Assembly (NCBI GenBank): GCA_015057365.1 | Contig: SVEN01000001.1 | Coordinates: 13,382 to 77,381 of the forward strand | Length of the DNA: 64,000 nt | Source of the DNA: Lachnospiraceae bacterium | GTDB lineage: Bacteria > Bacillota > Clostridia > Lachnospirales > Lachnospiraceae | Direction: 5' to 3' | Shown here: positions 8,463 to 19,444 of the stretch, piece after piece | Position numbering within the stretch: the first letter of the stretch is position 1 | Layout of the letters: every line of letters starts with the position of its first letter | Program-made: the position numbers and the translations under genes | Notes under the pieces: generated by a model | Database searches by the model: none | Told to the model about the DNA's origin: nothing | The model's input: the letters and a program-made list of their open reading frames with translations, nothing else

Positions 8463-9506
8463 CTACTGTCCTTCCTCCGTAAGGCACCGGTCATATACCC
8501 CCAGCTCCTTTGCAATCCGTAAAAACAGCTGCGGTACCGGTGCGGAAAGCTTCCTTCCGAAAAGTTCCTCACAGGCAGACAGTGTCTCCGGAAATTCCAG
8601 ATACGCTGCATGGAGCAACTGGTACTTCAAACCGAACCGATCCCGAAGCTGTCTGTTTTCCGCCGGCATTCCGTACTTTGCATCCCCGAGAAGCGGATGT
8701 CCCACCGACGCCAGGTGGGCACGAATCTGGTGGGTCTTACCGGTAATCAATCTTACCCTAAGCAACGTATATTTGCCGTTTGCAGTCACCGGCGTATACT
8801 CCGTCTCAATGTAGGAGCTTTCCTCCGAGCGCTTTTTCGCCTCCACCGTTACTTTATTGGTTCGGGCATCCTTTTCCAGATACCCCTGTAACCGACTGGC
8901 ATTCTTTACCGCTCCCTGCACAATACAAAGGTAATCCTTGTGCACCGTCCGTTCCTTAAACAGTTCCGAAAGGGTCTGCAGTCCGGCAAGACTCTTTCCC
9001 GCCGTTATGAGTCCGCTGGTATTCCGGTCCAACCGGTTGCATACTCCCGGGCGGAAGGTTTGCAACGCCTCTTTTGAAAGCTTTCCCTGGTCCAGTAAAT
9101 AATCAATGACCCATTCGTTTAAGGAATAATCCTCAGGGACCGCCTTCTGGGACAATACCCCCGCCGGCTTATTTAAAATCAGAACGTCCTCATCCTCGTA
9201 CATCACCCGAATATCGGACAATTCCTTCGGTTTGTTCGTAGTTTTCTTTTGTTCTACTGCTGTCGTATTCTCTGCGTTCTTTCCCTGAAAGGATGTAATG
9301 GTCTCCTCCGACAAAAACAGGCAGACCTCGTCGGTCTCCCGTAAAAGCTCCGAACCGTCTGCCTTCTTTCCGTTTAAGGTTATATTCTTTTTTCGCAGCA
9401 TCTTATGCAGAAAGCTTTGCGGTGCCGCATTCAAATACTTTGCAAGAAGCTTCAACAGCTTTTGTCCCGCTTCATTTTTCGATACTACTATTTTTTTCAT
9501 AAACAC
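8463..9506 (-). CDS. RluA-family pseudouridine synthase with S4-like N-terminus
   Basis: 347 aa with NRLDRNTSGL (catalytic Asp) and HQIRAHLASVGHPLLGDAKYG motifs. Confidence 0.88.
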   Translation of the reverse strand: MFMKKIVVSKNEAGQKLLKLLAKYLNAAPQSFLHKMLRKKNITLNGKKADGSELLRETDEVCLFLSEETITSFQGKNAENTTAVEQKKTTNKPKELSDIRVMYEDEDVLILNKPAGVLSQKAVPEDYSLNEWVIDYLLDQGKLSKEALQTFRPGVCNRLDRNTSGLITAGKSLAGLQTLSELFKERTVHKDYLCIVQGAVKNASRLQGYLEKDARTNKVTVEAKKRSEESSYIETEYTPVTANGKYTLLRVRLITGKTHQIRAHLASVGHPLLGDAKYGMPAENRQLRDRFGLKYQLLHAAYLEFPETLSACEELFGRKLSAPVPQLFLRIAKELGVYDRCLTEEGQ

Positions 9507-9524
9507 TCCTGCCTTATGACTTCC

Positions 9525-10091
9525 CTATACCGCCAGGGAACGTAAAAACTCGATTAACTCCTGCATCTCCGCCTCGGTCCGGGTTGCTTTTTCAATTCGC
9601 TTTAATGCCGAGAAAAACTTGTCCTGCTCCTTATGTACCGTCACCTTCCCCGGAATCTGCCGGCGCTTCAGTTCCGTGCCCAGATACTCCATCATCTTAT
9701 CCGTCTTTTCCTTATCGCTCATGGCAAGACCGATGAGTTCATTGCCCGTCAGCACAAAAAAAGACATACCCATGGCGCGCTCACCGGAGGTAAACACGTA
9801 ATCGGAAAACACCACACTGCCTTCCGGAGCAACGGCTTTTACTTGCTCATACAACGCCTTATCCGGCGTCTTATACTTGAGTAAAACAATAACCGTAGTC
9901 AGATACCGTGCCATCGGAAGTACAAACAAAACCGCTACCACCGTAAAGATATTTGTCTTTTCAAACTTATTGAGACACAATCCCAAAACAAAAATCGCCA
10001 CACCGATGGCCACCATAGAAAGGGCACCGATGATATTTTTCCTTTTTTCCGCATTGATGCGTCCGTACTCACAACGCTCTATCCGCTTCAT
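9525..10091 (-). CDS. two-TM membrane protein, unknown function
   Basis: ORF with two hydrophobic helices. Start placed at ATG 10091 (AGGAG 7 nt upstream). Confidence 0.6.
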   Translation of the reverse strand: MKRIERCEYGRINAEKRKNIIGALSMVAIGVAIFVLGLCLNKFEKTNIFTVVAVLFVLPMARYLTTVIVLLKYKTPDKALYEQVKAVAPEGSVVFSDYVFTSGERAMGMSFFVLTGNELIGLAMSDKEKTDKMMEYLGTELKRRQIPGKVTVHKEQDKFFSALKRIEKATRTEAEMQELIEFLRSLAV

Positions 10092-10102
10092 GTTACTTCT
10101 CC

Positions 10103-10762
10103 TTACCAAACAATCTCATCATAATGGGTAATATAATAATCTGCCATCTGCTTCTTTTCTTCCCGGTAGTCTGCGGAAAAATCATCCTCTACGCCGCATA
10201 CCTTCATGCCGGCAGCTTTTCCCGCCTGTATTCCCTCAGAAATATCCTCAAACACCAGACACTGTTCCGGTGCCACCTTTAAATAATCTGCCACCAAAAG
10301 GTAGATGTCCGGTGCCGGCTTTCCCGTCCGCACTTCACAGGACATATGGACCTCATCAAAGTACGGTCGTAACCCCAACGCATCCAACACCGCAAAGGCC
10401 AGCTCCTTGGAATTGCTGGTGGCAATTCCGGTCTTTATACCTCGTTCCTTTAACTTCTTTAAAAAGTCCAGTACCCCCGGCTTTAACGGCACTTCATTAC
10501 AATACTTATCCATAGCCATTTCATTCCAGTCAGACTTGATTTTGTCCAGACTGTCCGGAATGTCAAAGGTCTCCTTGAAATACACCGCCGTTTCCCGGAA
10601 GCTCATGCCGGAAATCTTTTTCTGTAAATCCGGCGGCAACGGAATCCCGAACCGGGCCAAATATTCGATATCGATCGCTTCCCACATCCACATGGAATCC
10701 ACCACCGTACCGTCCAAATCAAAAATCACCGCTTTGATTCCTTCTAACACGTTATCCCTCAC
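10103..10762 (-). CDS. HAD-superfamily hydrolase (beta-phosphoglucomutase-like subfamily IA)
   Basis: 219 aa with all four HAD motifs: VIFDLDGTVVDS, TSNS, GKPAPD, FEDISEG. Confidence 0.85.
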   Translation of the reverse strand: MRDNVLEGIKAVIFDLDGTVVDSMWMWEAIDIEYLARFGIPLPPDLQKKISGMSFRETAVYFKETFDIPDSLDKIKSDWNEMAMDKYCNEVPLKPGVLDFLKKLKERGIKTGIATSNSKELAFAVLDALGLRPYFDEVHMSCEVRTGKPAPDIYLLVADYLKVAPEQCLVFEDISEGIQAGKAAGMKVCGVEDDFSADYREEKKQMADYYITHYDEIVW

Positions 10763-11504
10763 TCCTTACACTTTCCTTTAACGTCCGCAATTCTTCCTCT
10801 GTAAGCGGCCGGTATTCCCCCGGTTTCAACGTCTCATCCAAACATACGCCCCCCATAGCCATACGCTTTAAGTATAATACCTCGTTTCCCGTAGCTGCAA
10901 ACATCCGCTTTACCTGATGGAACTTTCCCTCATGCAGGGTTACCGCAGCAGCAAAACCTCCCTCCGATAAAAACCCCGTCCTCTCCTTATCCGTCAATCT
11001 TCGAAGTACTGCAGGCATGGCAGTCAGCTCTTCATCGACCTTCATCCCGGATGCAAACACCGTAATGTCGTCTTCCGTAATCTCTCTTGCAAGCTTTGCA
11101 AAGTATAACTTGTCCGCATGTTTTTTCGGTGAAATCAGCTTGTGGGACAGCATTCCGTCATCCGTCAAAAATAAAAGTCCTTCCGTGTCCTTATCCAGAC
11201 GACCTACCGGAAACAGATTACGCCGCTTTCTGTCCTCTGCCGAAAGGAGACTTAACACCGTCTTTGCCTCCCTATCCTGCGTTGCGGAAACCGTCCCCGC
11301 AGGCTTGTTTAACATATAGTATACAAACTTCTGAAAGATCAGTTCCTTCCCGTCTAAGGTCAGCACATCGCTTTCTTCCTTTACCTGCTCTGCGGTCGTC
11401 TTTTTCACTTCGCCGTTTACGCAGACTCTGCCCTTTACAATCACATCCCGTGCCTGGGACCGGGTCATTCCGGTCAGCTCCGCTACCAGTTTGTCTAACC
11501 GCAT
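10752..11504 (-). CDS. RsuA/RluB-family pseudouridine synthase
   Basis: 250 aa with an N-terminal S4 domain (RLDKLVAE...SQARDVI) and the GRLDKDTEGLLFLTDDG motif. Confidence 0.88.
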   Translation of the reverse strand: MRLDKLVAELTGMTRSQARDVIVKGRVCVNGEVKKTTAEQVKEESDVLTLDGKELIFQKFVYYMLNKPAGTVSATQDREAKTVLSLLSAEDRKRRNLFPVGRLDKDTEGLLFLTDDGMLSHKLISPKKHADKLYFAKLAREITEDDITVFASGMKVDEELTAMPAVLRRLTDKERTGFLSEGGFAAAVTLHEGKFHQVKRMFAATGNEVLYLKRMAMGGVCLDETLKPGEYRPLTEEELRTLKESVRSEG

Positions 11505-11513
11505 CGCATCCTC

Positions 11514-12890
11514 CTACATCATCCGCCAGCCGGCAAGATATTTATTCTTAATGACACCCTTGGCGGCCTTCCCCCAGCCAAGCGGGTATCCGTCCACACA
11601 TACCAATACAAAACCATCCCTTACCGGCTCCTTCGCATCAATGGTTTCGCATTTTAAGTAACGAGTCACATCTTCATCCTCTGCCGATAAGTTATAACAA
11701 TTATCGTACTCCTCCGCCTTTAATGCACACGCTAAGGCCTGACTCGGTTCGAACCGGTTCTTCTTCATTTCACCCAAAAGAAGACCGGACCGCAAAATCC
11801 GAAGCCCTGTTAAATCCGGCAAATTCTCCGGTAGATAATACAAACGCTCTTCTCTAGCGATAATCCGCTCAGGTGCAAGCTTTAGTTTCACTCGTCTTAA
11901 AAATTCCTGTGCTTCCTCGGATAACTTCGCCGGACGCACTCGCTCCGTAGTACACGGTGCTCCCTCCGCTTCCGGGGACTTTTTAAGCAGCGCCACAAAA
12001 TGCCCTTCACCCTCCATCCGGTGGGGCCAAATCCGAATCGCCTTTTTAATCTCCTCCGGCCCGTTTGCCCACTCCGGCCGGCCCGGTGCAAAGCCCTTGT
12101 AAGAAAGGGGCGAATCCGCCATGGAAAGCTCCGGATACTCGGAAAGTATAAATGCCAACGTATCCTCATCTTCCTCCGGCGAGAAGGTACAAGTAGAATA
12201 CAGAAGCATTCCTCCCGGACGAAGCATCTTTACCGCCGACGGTAAAATCTCCCGTTGCAGTTTCTGATAATACTCCACACCGTACTGCTCCCAGTTTTTC
12301 ATAATGGCCGGACTCTTCCGGAACATTCCTTCTCCGGAACACGGTGCATCCACCAGAATTTTATCAAAATATCCCGCAAACCGCTCTGCAAGCTTAGCCG
12401 GCGGTTCACTGACAATGACTGCATTCTTTGTGCCGAACAGTTCCAGATTCTTAAGCAACGCCTTTGCACGGGAATTACTGATATCATTGGAAACCAGCAC
12501 CCCCTCGCCGTTTAGCTTCGCCGCAAGCTCCGTACTCTTTCCGCCCGGCGCCGCACATAAATCCAGCACCCGTTCCCCCGGAGTTACCGGAAGTACCGCC
12601 GCCGGCGTCATAGCGCTTGGCTCCTGGATATAGTACATACCTGCAAAATAATACGGATGCTTCGCCGGTTGTGCTGCATCCGCATCATAGTAAAATCCGT
12701 TTGTAATCCACGGAATCTTCCGCACAGCAACCGGTGCAATCTTCTCGAACTCCTGCGGAGGCAACTTCATGGTATTGACACGAATGCCCGCCGCATGGTC
12801 GGTTTCATAACCATTTGCAAATGCTTCATATTCCGCACCGAGAAGCTCTCTCATTCGCTTCTCGAACTTTTCCGGTAATTTAATTGCCAT
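11514..12890 (-). CDS. NOL1/NOP2/Sun-family RNA cytosine-C5 methyltransferase (RsmF/YebU-like)
   Basis: 458 aa with DLCAAPGGKS (SAM binding), DAPCSGEG and YSTCT catalytic Cys motifs, plus a C-terminal PUA-like extension. Confidence 0.88.
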   Translation of the reverse strand: MAIKLPEKFEKRMRELLGAEYEAFANGYETDHAAGIRVNTMKLPPQEFEKIAPVAVRKIPWITNGFYYDADAAQPAKHPYYFAGMYYIQEPSAMTPAAVLPVTPGERVLDLCAAPGGKSTELAAKLNGEGVLVSNDISNSRAKALLKNLELFGTKNAVIVSEPPAKLAERFAGYFDKILVDAPCSGEGMFRKSPAIMKNWEQYGVEYYQKLQREILPSAVKMLRPGGMLLYSTCTFSPEEDEDTLAFILSEYPELSMADSPLSYKGFAPGRPEWANGPEEIKKAIRIWPHRMEGEGHFVALLKKSPEAEGAPCTTERVRPAKLSEEAQEFLRRVKLKLAPERIIAREERLYYLPENLPDLTGLRILRSGLLLGEMKKNRFEPSQALACALKAEEYDNCYNLSAEDEDVTRYLKCETIDAKEPVRDGFVLVCVDGYPLGWGKAAKGVIKNKYLAGWRMM

Positions 12891-12922
12891 ACCGTCCTCC
12901 TAAATATATCGGTAACGTAATC

Positions 12923-13726
12923 TTATCGTAAGCTCTGTACCCGGTAGCCCTCCGCAATAATATCAAGCTCCTTGCTGAAGCGCTCCAATTGGGCCAAATC
13001 TCCCTCCTGGTATACACGGAAAAACTCATCCTGAATCTTGACCACTTCTTTTTTATTTGCCGTCTTATACAGATTCTGGATATTGGTCAGAATATCCGCC
13101 ACCAGGCTGGCATTCCGGTTAAAGGAATTCTGTGCATCCATAATTTCCTCTCGCACGGACGCCATCTCCTCATCCAACACCCCGATTGCCTCTGCTGCGT
13201 TAAGAAGACGCTGGCGCAGATTCTCCGGCATATTCTTCTTATACTTATACTGCAGGGAATGCTCGATGGTTGCCCAGAAATTCATTGCCAGTGTACGAAT
13301 CTGAATCTCGATATGCAGTACCTTCGGCCCCCGCAAAGTTTCTACCGTATATTGCACAATCATATGATAACTGCGGTATCCGCTCTTTTTGGCATTTTCG
13401 ATATAATCCTTTTCTTCCTTTACCTGCATATCCGCACGGTTTTTAATGATATCCACTACCTTGTAGATATCCTCCGTAAACTGGCAGATAATACGAATAC
13501 CCGCAATATCCTCTATATGATTTTCAAACTCCTCGAACGGAATCCCCTTCTTCTGGCACTTTTCCAGAATACTGGAAATGGACTTGAGTCGTCCCTTTAC
13601 CTGCTCCACCGGCGAATAATTGCCGCTTTTCCGGTATGCATCAATCAGATGCTCAAACTTTACAACAATCTCATCCACCGCCAACGCATACGGTTCCAAA
13701 AGCTCTCTCCAAAGCTGAATCTCCAT
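12923..13726 (-). CDS. small alarmone synthetase (RelQ/RelP-type GTP pyrophosphokinase)
   Basis: RelA_SpoT synthetase motifs DIAGIRIICQF, YRSYHMIV and EIQIRTLAMNFWA. Start at ATG 13726 (GGAGGG 8 nt upstream). Confidence 0.88.
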   Translation of the reverse strand: MEIQLWRELLEPYALAVDEIVVKFEHLIDAYRKSGNYSPVEQVKGRLKSISSILEKCQKKGIPFEEFENHIEDIAGIRIICQFTEDIYKVVDIIKNRADMQVKEEKDYIENAKKSGYRSYHMIVQYTVETLRGPKVLHIEIQIRTLAMNFWATIEHSLQYKYKKNMPENLRQRLLNAAEAIGVLDEEMASVREEIMDAQNSFNRNASLVADILTNIQNLYKTANKKEVVKIQDEFFRVYQEGDLAQLERFSKELDIIAEGYRVQSLR

Positions 13727-13761
13727 ATTGCACACCCTCCAAACCCCGTTTTACGGGTTAA

Positions 13762-15207
13762 TTACTTCACATCGCCAAAAATCTTCTTATGCAACGCATC
13801 GATGTTCTGCGCCCAGTTAGGAACAATCGCCTTACCTACATCTCCACCGAAATCCAGTTCCCTAAATGAACCCGATACCGGAATCCGGAAGCTTTCCAGA
13901 TTCAGAATACGGTTTTCCACTACAGTTTCCATCAAGTCCTGCATATCCGACTTGGAAATATTGGTTTTCACCTGCGGCAAACAGTCATTTAATACAGACA
14001 ACAGCGTAAAAATGTTGGTATCCTTGTATTTGTTAAACAACTTTGTCAGCACGATTCTCTGACGTTCCGTACGACCGAAATCACTGCTGGTACCGTTGAT
14101 ATTCGGCACCTTACGTACACGGCAATATCCCAATACCTGATTTCCGTTCATCAGCTGCGTTCCCGGAACCACATTACGATATTCTTTCTTCGTAATGTAC
14201 TTTGTTTTATTCAAATACTCCGCTTCTTCCTCGGTCAGGGTAATCTCTACGCCGCCCAGACGGTCGATAATCCACTCAAAGTCGTCAAAACCTACCTTCA
14301 CATAACCGTCAATCTTTACCTGCAAATTCTGCTCCACCGTCTCCACCAAAAGTCTGGAACCGCCATGGGAATAAGCAGCATTTAATTTGTGGTCCGCATG
14401 TCCCGGTATATGCACATACATATCGCGCATAAGAGACGTCATATATATCTTATTCTCTCTGGAATTAATGGACACCAAAATCATGGTATCGGAACGTTCG
14501 CCTCCAAACTGCGGCAGGGCTTCCGTACCGATTAATAAGATATTATATACATACTCCTCATGACGCGGCTCTACCATCGGAACCGGTGTTGCCGTCGGTA
14601 CCGGTGTCGGGTCTCCCGGCTTTACCGGCTTTGTCGGCTCCGGTGTCACATTTTCTACAATACCGGTAGCTTCCGGCGGCGGAGTCACCTCGTCTTCTCC
14701 TCCGGTATTATCAGCCACATAGCCTGCAACAATACCGTAAACTATTTTACGTCCCGGCTTGGTTCCCACCAAAAAGAGCAAAATCAGGCACAAAGACGCC
14801 ACGGTAATCATGGCTGCTCTGCACCACTTCGGGATACGCTGCCAGATATTTTTCTTCTTACCGGACGAATTTTCCTTCTCCGTTTCCTCTTCTACCGGAC
14901 CTAATGTCACCGCCATCTGTGCCGCCAACGCCTCGTCGATACTTTGTAAAATCATATCTTCGTCGGTCGATTCCTCGGTATCCGCAAACTCTTCTTCCCC
15001 AAAATCAAAATCAAAATGAAGTTCCGGAAGATCCTCCTCGGAGCCTGCAGGTATGTAATCGGTTGCCTCGGCAACCGCCCCGGTCTCTCCTTCTTCCTGT
15101 CCCTTGATATCCGGTGCAATACCTACTTCAGCCCTCGGTACGATAACCTCGCCTGTTAACTCATCCACCTCAAATTCATCAAATATGGACTTCTTTTCTT
15201 CACTCAT
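13762..15207 (-). CDS. LytR-CpsA-Psr (LCP) family protein with acidic cytoplasmic N-terminus
   Basis: RSDTMILVSIN, KLNAAYSHGG and GYCRVRK...SDFGRTERQR motifs after a TM helix. Start at ATG 15207. Confidence 0.88.
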   Translation of the reverse strand: MSEEKKSIFDEFEVDELTGEVIVPRAEVGIAPDIKGQEEGETGAVAEATDYIPAGSEEDLPELHFDFDFGEEEFADTEESTDEDMILQSIDEALAAQMAVTLGPVEEETEKENSSGKKKNIWQRIPKWCRAAMITVASLCLILLFLVGTKPGRKIVYGIVAGYVADNTGGEDEVTPPPEATGIVENVTPEPTKPVKPGDPTPVPTATPVPMVEPRHEEYVYNILLIGTEALPQFGGERSDTMILVSINSRENKIYMTSLMRDMYVHIPGHADHKLNAAYSHGGSRLLVETVEQNLQVKIDGYVKVGFDDFEWIIDRLGGVEITLTEEEAEYLNKTKYITKKEYRNVVPGTQLMNGNQVLGYCRVRKVPNINGTSSDFGRTERQRIVLTKLFNKYKDTNIFTLLSVLNDCLPQVKTNISKSDMQDLMETVVENRILNLESFRIPVSGSFRELDFGGDVGKAIVPNWAQNIDALHKKIFGDVK

Positions 15208-15229
15208 ATTACCATCCACCTTTTCTATC

Positions 15230-16279
15230 TTATTTCAGTAAGTTCCAAAAAAGCTCTCTATTCTTCTCCCAATCCGCCACAAGCGTGCTGGTTACCTTTC
15301 CCATATCCCTGGACTCAAAGGTGCCCTTCATCGGGAGCTGCTGTTGCTTCATCGTCGTAATCCGTCCGTCATACACAACATAAATCAATTCTTCCATGGT
15401 CTCTTCACTGATATCAGTCTCAATATAACCTAATGCCTGTTTCAAAATCTTAACCCATTTGGTAAGTCCGGCCTCTTTATACCGTTCAAATAAATTCTCA
15501 ATTACCAAACGCTGACGTTCGGTGCGCCCGTAATCACTGTGGGCTCCGTTTATGTTTGCCACAAAACGCACCCGGCAATACCCCAGTGTCTGATTTCCGT
15601 TTAGCACCTGTGTTCCGGGCCTTACATTCCGGAATTGCTCCTTTGAAATATAATTATGGGTGTTCAGATACTCCGCTTCCTCTGCAGTCAGCGTTACCTC
15701 CGCACCGCCGAGTAAATCAATAATTTCTTCAAAGCTGTCAAAGCCGACCTTTACATATCCATCCGGCCATATCCCCAGCTTATCGTATACGATTTTATAT
15801 AAGCCGCTTACGCCCTGTTTTGCATACACTGCGTTGATTTTACACGGCTTCATTCCCTCCGGCTCTACATAAGTGTCACGCAAAACAGAAGTTAATATTA
15901 CCTTCTTCTCCTTTACATGAATCGTCGCTAAAATAATCGTATCGGTTCTTCCTTTGCCCGGAGAAGTCTTTAGTGCCTCCTCTCCCAACAGCAAAATATG
16001 GTAGAACTCTCTTTCCTTGCCCGGGTCTTCCTCTGCCTCTTCCGGCTTCTCAAAAATCAGCTTATCCGACGTCTCCGGTGCATTTTCCGTAGTTGTGTCC
16101 GAAGATTCCCCCGATACATACTTTACCGAGGCATGCAGATATCCTGCCACTACCTTTGACGTCAGTTTCTTTCCCGGTTTTGTATAAAACACAAACAACA
16201 GCAGGGCCGTGGCTACCGCTACAAAGGCAGCCACTGCCAATACAATTGTCTCGATCAGACTTTTTTTCCTTTTTTCCAT
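15230..16279 (-). CDS. LCP family protein (paralog of the upstream gene)
   Basis: 349 aa with RTDTIILATI, KINAVYAKQG and GYCRVRF...SDYGRTERQR motifs. Confidence 0.88.
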   Translation of the reverse strand: MEKRKKSLIETIVLAVAAFVAVATALLLFVFYTKPGKKLTSKVVAGYLHASVKYVSGESSDTTTENAPETSDKLIFEKPEEAEEDPGKEREFYHILLLGEEALKTSPGKGRTDTIILATIHVKEKKVILTSVLRDTYVEPEGMKPCKINAVYAKQGVSGLYKIVYDKLGIWPDGYVKVGFDSFEEIIDLLGGAEVTLTAEEAEYLNTHNYISKEQFRNVRPGTQVLNGNQTLGYCRVRFVANINGAHSDYGRTERQRLVIENLFERYKEAGLTKWVKILKQALGYIETDISEETMEELIYVVYDGRITTMKQQQLPMKGTFESRDMGKVTSTLVADWEKNRELFWNLLK

Positions 16280-16298
16280 AAACTCCCTCCCCAGAATA

Positions 16299-17759
16299 TC
16301 ATTCTACCGCACCGTCTGCAAGTATTTTTTCCAAAAGCTTATATATTCTGAGCGCTGACGGAATATGAAGACGTTCTGCCGGTGTATGAATATCCTTCAT
16401 CTCCGGTCCGATGGAAATCATATCCATTCCCGGAATCTTTTCTCCCAACAATCCACATTCCAAGCCGGCATGAATCGTAGCCACCTCCGGACGCGTTCCG
16501 AACATTGCCTCATACGCCGTTACATAAACCTCTCTAAGCTTTGACTGCTCCTTATATTCCCAGGCCGGATACTCTCCGGACACCTCATAATCACCCCCAA
16601 GGAAGCCGATGAGATACATCATCTTCTCCTTTAAAAACTCCAAATAGCTTGCTTTACTGCTCCGTAGGGACCAATGCAGCTCCATCCCGTCGGACGTCAT
16701 TTTGCAGATGCCGAGATTTAAAGAGCTCTCCACCAACCCCGGAATCTCCGCACTGTTTACCTGAATGCCGTTCGGTGCCTGCATAAGCACGAACAAAAAC
16801 TTTTCAAAAGAACGCGGATGCATTACCGGTGCTTCCTCTACATAATCCTCCGTCGAAAAAGTCAGGGTGGCCTCCGGCTCCCCGCTGCGGATTTCTTCCG
16901 TCATTTCCTCCGCAAGGGCCTGCGCCGCCTCGATTTCTTCTCCGGAAATATCCTCCGGGAACAAAAGCATTGCCGTCGCGTCACGAGGAATTGCATTATC
17001 CTTCTGACCGCCGGAAAACTCCTCTACTAAAAATGATACTTTTTCCCGTAACATAAACAAATATCTTGCCAAAAACAGCACCGCATTGGTGCGGTTCTTG
17101 TCTATTTCCGCACCGGAATGTCCTCCCAAAAGTCCGGATACGGTCACATTCACGGTACGTCCTCCTGAAATAACTCTCTCCACCGGAAACATGCCGGTTA
17201 CCCGCACACCTCCTGCGCAGCCGCACAGCACTATATTTTCCTCTTCGGAATCGATATTAATCAAATGACGTCCGGAAAGAAGGGAGCCGTCCAGTGCCTT
17301 TGCACCGTCCATGCCGGTCTCTTCCTCCGTTGTAATCACGAGCTCCAGAGCCGGATGCTTTGCATCCGTATCATCCATCAGCGCCAAACAATACGCCACC
17401 GCTATGCCGTCATCTCCGCCCAGGGTGGTGCGGTCCGCATGCAACCATTCGCCGTCTACCTTAAGCGTCAGACCGTCTGTCGTAAAATCAATGTCTGCTC
17501 CGGCTTCTTTTTCGCAAACCATATCCATATGACCTTGCAAAATCATAGTCGGATACTGCTCATAACCGGCCGTGGCATCCTTATAAAAGACCACATTATC
17601 TGCCGTATCGCGCACATACCGGATATTCCTCTCCTTTGCGAAATTCTCCAGATAATCCGCTAATTTCCCTACATTTCCGGAGCCGTGCGGAATCGCCGCA
17701 ATCTCCGAAAAAAAGTACAATACCTTTTTATAATCCAATGCCTCAAGCTCTGTAAGCAT
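16299..17759 (-). CDS. pepD: aminoacyl-histidine (Xaa-His) dipeptidase, M20 family
   Basis: 486 aa with QGHMDMV, GGDDGIA and TEEETGMDGA motifs typical of PepD. Confidence 0.88.
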   Translation of the reverse strand: MLTELEALDYKKVLYFFSEIAAIPHGSGNVGKLADYLENFAKERNIRYVRDTADNVVFYKDATAGYEQYPTMILQGHMDMVCEKEAGADIDFTTDGLTLKVDGEWLHADRTTLGGDDGIAVAYCLALMDDTDAKHPALELVITTEEETGMDGAKALDGSLLSGRHLINIDSEEENIVLCGCAGGVRVTGMFPVERVISGGRTVNVTVSGLLGGHSGAEIDKNRTNAVLFLARYLFMLREKVSFLVEEFSGGQKDNAIPRDATAMLLFPEDISGEEIEAAQALAEEMTEEIRSGEPEATLTFSTEDYVEEAPVMHPRSFEKFLFVLMQAPNGIQVNSAEIPGLVESSLNLGICKMTSDGMELHWSLRSSKASYLEFLKEKMMYLIGFLGGDYEVSGEYPAWEYKEQSKLREVYVTAYEAMFGTRPEVATIHAGLECGLLGEKIPGMDMISIGPEMKDIHTPAERLHIPSALRIYKLLEKILADGAVE

Positions 17760-17771
17760 AGGAGAACCTCC

Positions 17772-19136
17772 TTAATTCTTAAAGCTGTGAATCGGTGCCG
17801 GAATTCTTCCGCCTCTTGCCACAAAAGCATCACAGGAGAAATTATTCACCGGCATAATCGGCGCATAACCAAGGAGACCGCCGAATTCCACGATATCTCC
17901 CACATCCTTGCCGATGACCGGAATGAGACGTACCGCCGTGGTCTTCGCATTGATCATACCGATTGCCATCTCATCCGCGATAATACCGGAAATGGTGGTT
18001 GCTTTGGTGCTACCCGGAATCGCAATCATATCCAAGCCGACGGAACATACACAGGTCATTGCTTCCAACTTCTCTAAGGTAAGGGCACCTGCCTGTACCG
18101 CGTCAATCATACCCTGGTCCTCACTGACCGGAATAAACGCACCGCTTAAGCCGCCCACATAAGAGGACGCCATAACGCCGCCCTTCTTTACCTGATCGTT
18201 TAACAAAGCAAGTGCCGCGGTAGTACCCGGCGCACCCGGAAATTCCAAACCGATTTCCTGCAAAATCTCCGCTACGGAGTCGCCCACAGCCGGAGTCGGA
18301 GCCAGAGATAAATCTACAATACCGAACGGTACCCCAAGGGCCTTGGATGCTTCGGTTGCAACAAGCTGTCCTACACGGGTAATCTTAAACGCCGTTTTCT
18401 TAATGGTCTCGCAAAGGGTTCCGAAGTCCGCCCCGCGCACAGACTCAAGTGCAGTCTTTACAACACCCGGTCCGCTGACACCGACATTAATGATGGCATC
18501 CGCTTCGGTTACACCGTGAAAGGCCCCCGCCATGAACGGGTTATCATCCGGCGCATTGCAGAAAATAACAAGCTTCGCACAACCGAGGGAATCTCTTTCC
18601 TTGGTTGCCTCTGCGGTCTTAAGTACAATTTCACCCATCAGACGTACCGCATCCATGTTAATACCGGTACGGGTAGAGCCGACATTCACGGAGGAACAGA
18701 CTCTGTCCGTCTCAGCCAACGCCTGCGGAATGGACTCGATTAAAAGGCGGTCCGCCGTAGTCATTCCTTTGCTAACCAGTGCAGAATATCCGCCGATAAA
18801 GTTTACACCTACGGTTTTTGCAGCACGATCTAAGGTCTTGGCGATGGTTACATAATCTTCCGGCTTCTTACAAGCGGAAGAACCCACCATTGCAATCGGG
18901 GTCACGGAAATTCTCTTATTTACAATCGGAATACCGAACTTTTTCCCGAGACGTTCACCGGTAACCACCAAATTCTTTGCCATGGTAGTTATTTTCTCAT
19001 AAACCTTACGATTTAATTCATCCAGATTCGTGTCTGCGCAATCCAAAAGACTGATACCCATGGTAATGGTACGCACATCCAGATTTTCCTTTTCGATCAT
19101 CTGGTTTGTCTCTATGACTTCATGAATGTTAATCAT
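17772..19136 (-). CDS. UPF0210 (DUF711) family protein
   Basis: 454 aa. The N-terminus ...[17 protein letters not shown] matches my memory of the UPF0210 family, and it pairs with an upstream small ACT protein as is usual for this family. Confidence 0.8.
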   Translation of the reverse strand: MINIHEVIETNQMIEKENLDVRTITMGISLLDCADTNLDELNRKVYEKITTMAKNLVVTGERLGKKFGIPIVNKRISVTPIAMVGSSACKKPEDYVTIAKTLDRAAKTVGVNFIGGYSALVSKGMTTADRLLIESIPQALAETDRVCSSVNVGSTRTGINMDAVRLMGEIVLKTAEATKERDSLGCAKLVIFCNAPDDNPFMAGAFHGVTEADAIINVGVSGPGVVKTALESVRGADFGTLCETIKKTAFKITRVGQLVATEASKALGVPFGIVDLSLAPTPAVGDSVAEILQEIGLEFPGAPGTTAALALLNDQVKKGGVMASSYVGGLSGAFIPVSEDQGMIDAVQAGALTLEKLEAMTCVCSVGLDMIAIPGSTKATTISGIIADEMAIGMINAKTTAVRLIPVIGKDVGDIVEFGGLLGYAPIMPVNNFSCDAFVARGGRIPAPIHSFKN

Positions 19137-19147
19137 TTCTTTCCTCC

Positions 19148-19426
19148 TTAGATTCTGTGCATCATATCGAAAATATCTTCATGCTGTGCCTTAATAATAA
19201 CACCGATTTCCTTACCGATAGCATCCAAATCCTCTGCGATTTCATGATTCTCCTTCGGGGAATTGTTGGCATCCACTACCATCATCATGTTGAAATAATC
19301 CTGAACAATCGTCTGGGAAATATCCAGAATGTTTACCTTGTTTTCCGCAAGATATGTACATACCTTTGCAATAATACCCACACAGTCCTTACCTACTACC
19401 GTGATAATTGTCTTCTTCATTTTCAT
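19148..19426 (-). CDS. ACT-domain protein (UPF0237 family)
   Basis: 92 aa ([33 protein letters not shown]); conserved partner of UPF0210. Confidence 0.8.
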   Translation of the reverse strand: MKMKKTIITVVGKDCVGIIAKVCTYLAENKVNILDISQTIVQDYFNMMMVVDANNSPKENHEIAEDLDAIGKEIGVIIKAQHEDIFDMMHRI

Positions 19427-19444
19427 ATCCTCCTGTTGTTTCGC

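Noticed and set aside
12989-14062. 357-aa plus-strand ORF antisense to the alarmone synthetase and LCP genes
   Set aside because: It spans an intergenic gap and two well-supported minus-strand genes. It has a Leu/Ile/His/Phe-rich low-complexity composition and no RBS or motifs. This is the typical open antisense frame produced by codon bias.
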